NCBI GenBank assembly: GCA_965263195.1
Contig: OZ253664.1
Coordinates: 3,253,045-3,317,044 of the forward strand
Direction: 5' to 3'
From: Vicinamibacterales bacterium
GTDB taxonomy: Bacteria; Acidobacteriota; Vicinamibacteria; Vicinamibacterales; UBA8438
DNA length: 64,000 nucleotides
The translations under genes and the position numbers were made by a program. Of this stretch, positions 63,065 to 64,000 are shown piece by piece. Every line of letters starts with the position of its first letter. The stretch's first letter is position 1. A model generated the notes under the pieces. It had not been told where the DNA came from, did no database searches, and saw nothing but the letters and a program-made list of their open reading frames with translations.

Positions 63065-64000
63065 CTAGAGCGTGCCATCGAAGCGGGGGGATACGGGCGA
63101 GCTGTCCGGGACAAGCAGGCCCACCTGGGCAATCCGCGGCGAACCCGCGGCGGCGGTCGCGACGTACTTGTACATGGCGCCGTCCGACGCGCGCGGCGCC
63201 GTAGGCCGGTCCAGGGCTTGTTCCGAGCCATCTTTCAGCGGCTCAAGGTCACCGGCATCCGGCAGCTCCTCCGGGATCGGCTGCAGGCTGGTGTAGAGCA
63301 CGCGGCCGTCGCGACCGACGATGTGAATCTCGCCGATGGGGGTGGAGCGCACGATGCGCCGCAGACGGCCGTTGATCCCGTCGGTCGACCACCCGGCCTC
63401 CTCGGCGGCGGCGGCGAAGCGCTCAACGAGCGTCGCCTGCACGATCATCTGCCGGCCAAGGATCTCCTCGAATATGGGCCGGATCTCGTCGTACTCGCTG
63501 GTGTAGGTGTCGCTCAGCAGCTCCGGCACGTCGAACGCCGCCAGCACCGAGGTCATGACGGGCGAGGTGTAGGCGTTGCTCTGGCTCACCTGCTCCTCGA
63601 AGGCGAGGCCGTTGCCGACCTGCACGATCCGCTGCCGGTCGACGCCGGAGACCCCCGTGTACTTGTACACCCCGTGATCGATCTCCCGCACCTGCGCTTC
63701 CTGCGTGACGGCGTCGTCGCTGTCGATGGAGGATGCCAGCAGGACGTGAAACGCCGAGGCCTGCGGCTGTACGGCGGGATCGGGATCGAACCGGAACGGT
63801 ACCAGCGCACCGCTCTCATCGCGGACGGTGGTGAGGTAGGCGACGCCCTGCTCGTCGGTGATCCAGAACTCGTCGACCACCGTGTTCGCGGCGACGTCGT
63901 CGAGCGTCCCAATCAGGCGCGCCGCGTCGTGCCCGGCGGCCTCCGCCGCGGCAACCAGATGCGCGGCGATGCGCGCCTGCGCTGTCATCTGGCTGTCGAT
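63065..64000 (-). CDS. Hypothetical protein, 5'-partial at window edge
   Basis: The frame stays open through 64000 upstream of the first Met (63988). No motif recognised. Confidence 0.45.
   Translation of the reverse strand: MDSQMTAQARIAAHLVAAAEAAGHDAARLIGTLDDVAANTVVDEFWITDEQGVAYLTTVRDESGALVPFRFDPDPAVQPQASAFHVLLASSIDSDDAVTQEAQVREIDHGVYKYTGVSGVDRQRIVQVGNGLAFEEQVSQSNAYTSPVMTSVLAAFDVPELLSDTYTSEYDEIRPIFEEILGRQMIVQATLVERFAAAAEEAGWSTDGINGRLRRIVRSTPIGEIHIVGRDGRVLYTSLQPIPEELPDAGDLEPLKDGSEQALDRPTAPRASDGAMYKYVATAAAGSPRIAQVGLLVPDSSPVSPRFDGTL

Overview
High-G+C bacterial chromosomal window with no rRNA and no CRISPR array. All calls come from reading the sequence and ORF translations by eye; no database search was run, so family names are motif-level recognitions.

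Layout:
(1) 0.2-15.9 kb: a neighbourhood of secreted or periplasmic oxidative enzymes. It holds three full paralogs of an uncharacterised secreted family ending in YEYACHEGNYG (one fused to two VOC domains), a TolB-like PD40 propeller, an iodotyrosine-deiodinase-like nitroreductase, DUF2911, an NHL propeller and a cytochrome P450. It also holds a rhodanese whose catalytic Cys codon is an in-frame TGA (candidate selenoprotein), two PQQ dehydrogenases with a translationally coupled c-type cytochrome, and tadA.
(2) tRNA-Ser(CGA) at 15972-16062 is followed by a mosaic accessory/defence island of about 17 kb that is visibly lower in G+C. It contains a GmrSD-like DUF262/DUF1524 + Schlafen/AlbA_2 fusion gene split by an IS5-family element, and a tightly coupled four-gene operon of unrecognised proteins (HEPN-like plus three membrane proteins, one vWA-like). 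I rate that operon the best candidate for an undescribed defence module. The island also carries a GNAT/DUF1778 toxin-antitoxin pair, two tandem PUA-like-HNH nucleases, transposase and ArdC remnants, an orphan AbiEi-like gene, and an IS1634-family element inserted in a small gene.
(3) 33-44 kb: an endostatin/C-type-lectin-like secreted protein, a PQQ sugar dehydrogenase, an MBL hydrolase, and a cusCBA-like RND operon with a trailing M28 lipoprotein peptidase.
(4) 44-53 kb: a toxin-antitoxin-rich patch with two orphan antitoxins, a decayed HigB-like toxin next to a 32-bp perfect palindrome, MazEF, AbiEi/AbiEii, a 176-bp MITE-like element, a minimal K+ channel, an ABC-2 exporter and MgtE_N/CBS-only proteins.
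(5) 53-64 kb: a BON/beta-barrel gene, mlaEFD, a VOC protein, a second RND pump, and a Gly-rich (GGFGG) secreted protein.

Many long ORFs in the track are out-of-frame or antisense shadows typical of high-G+C DNA and were rejected.
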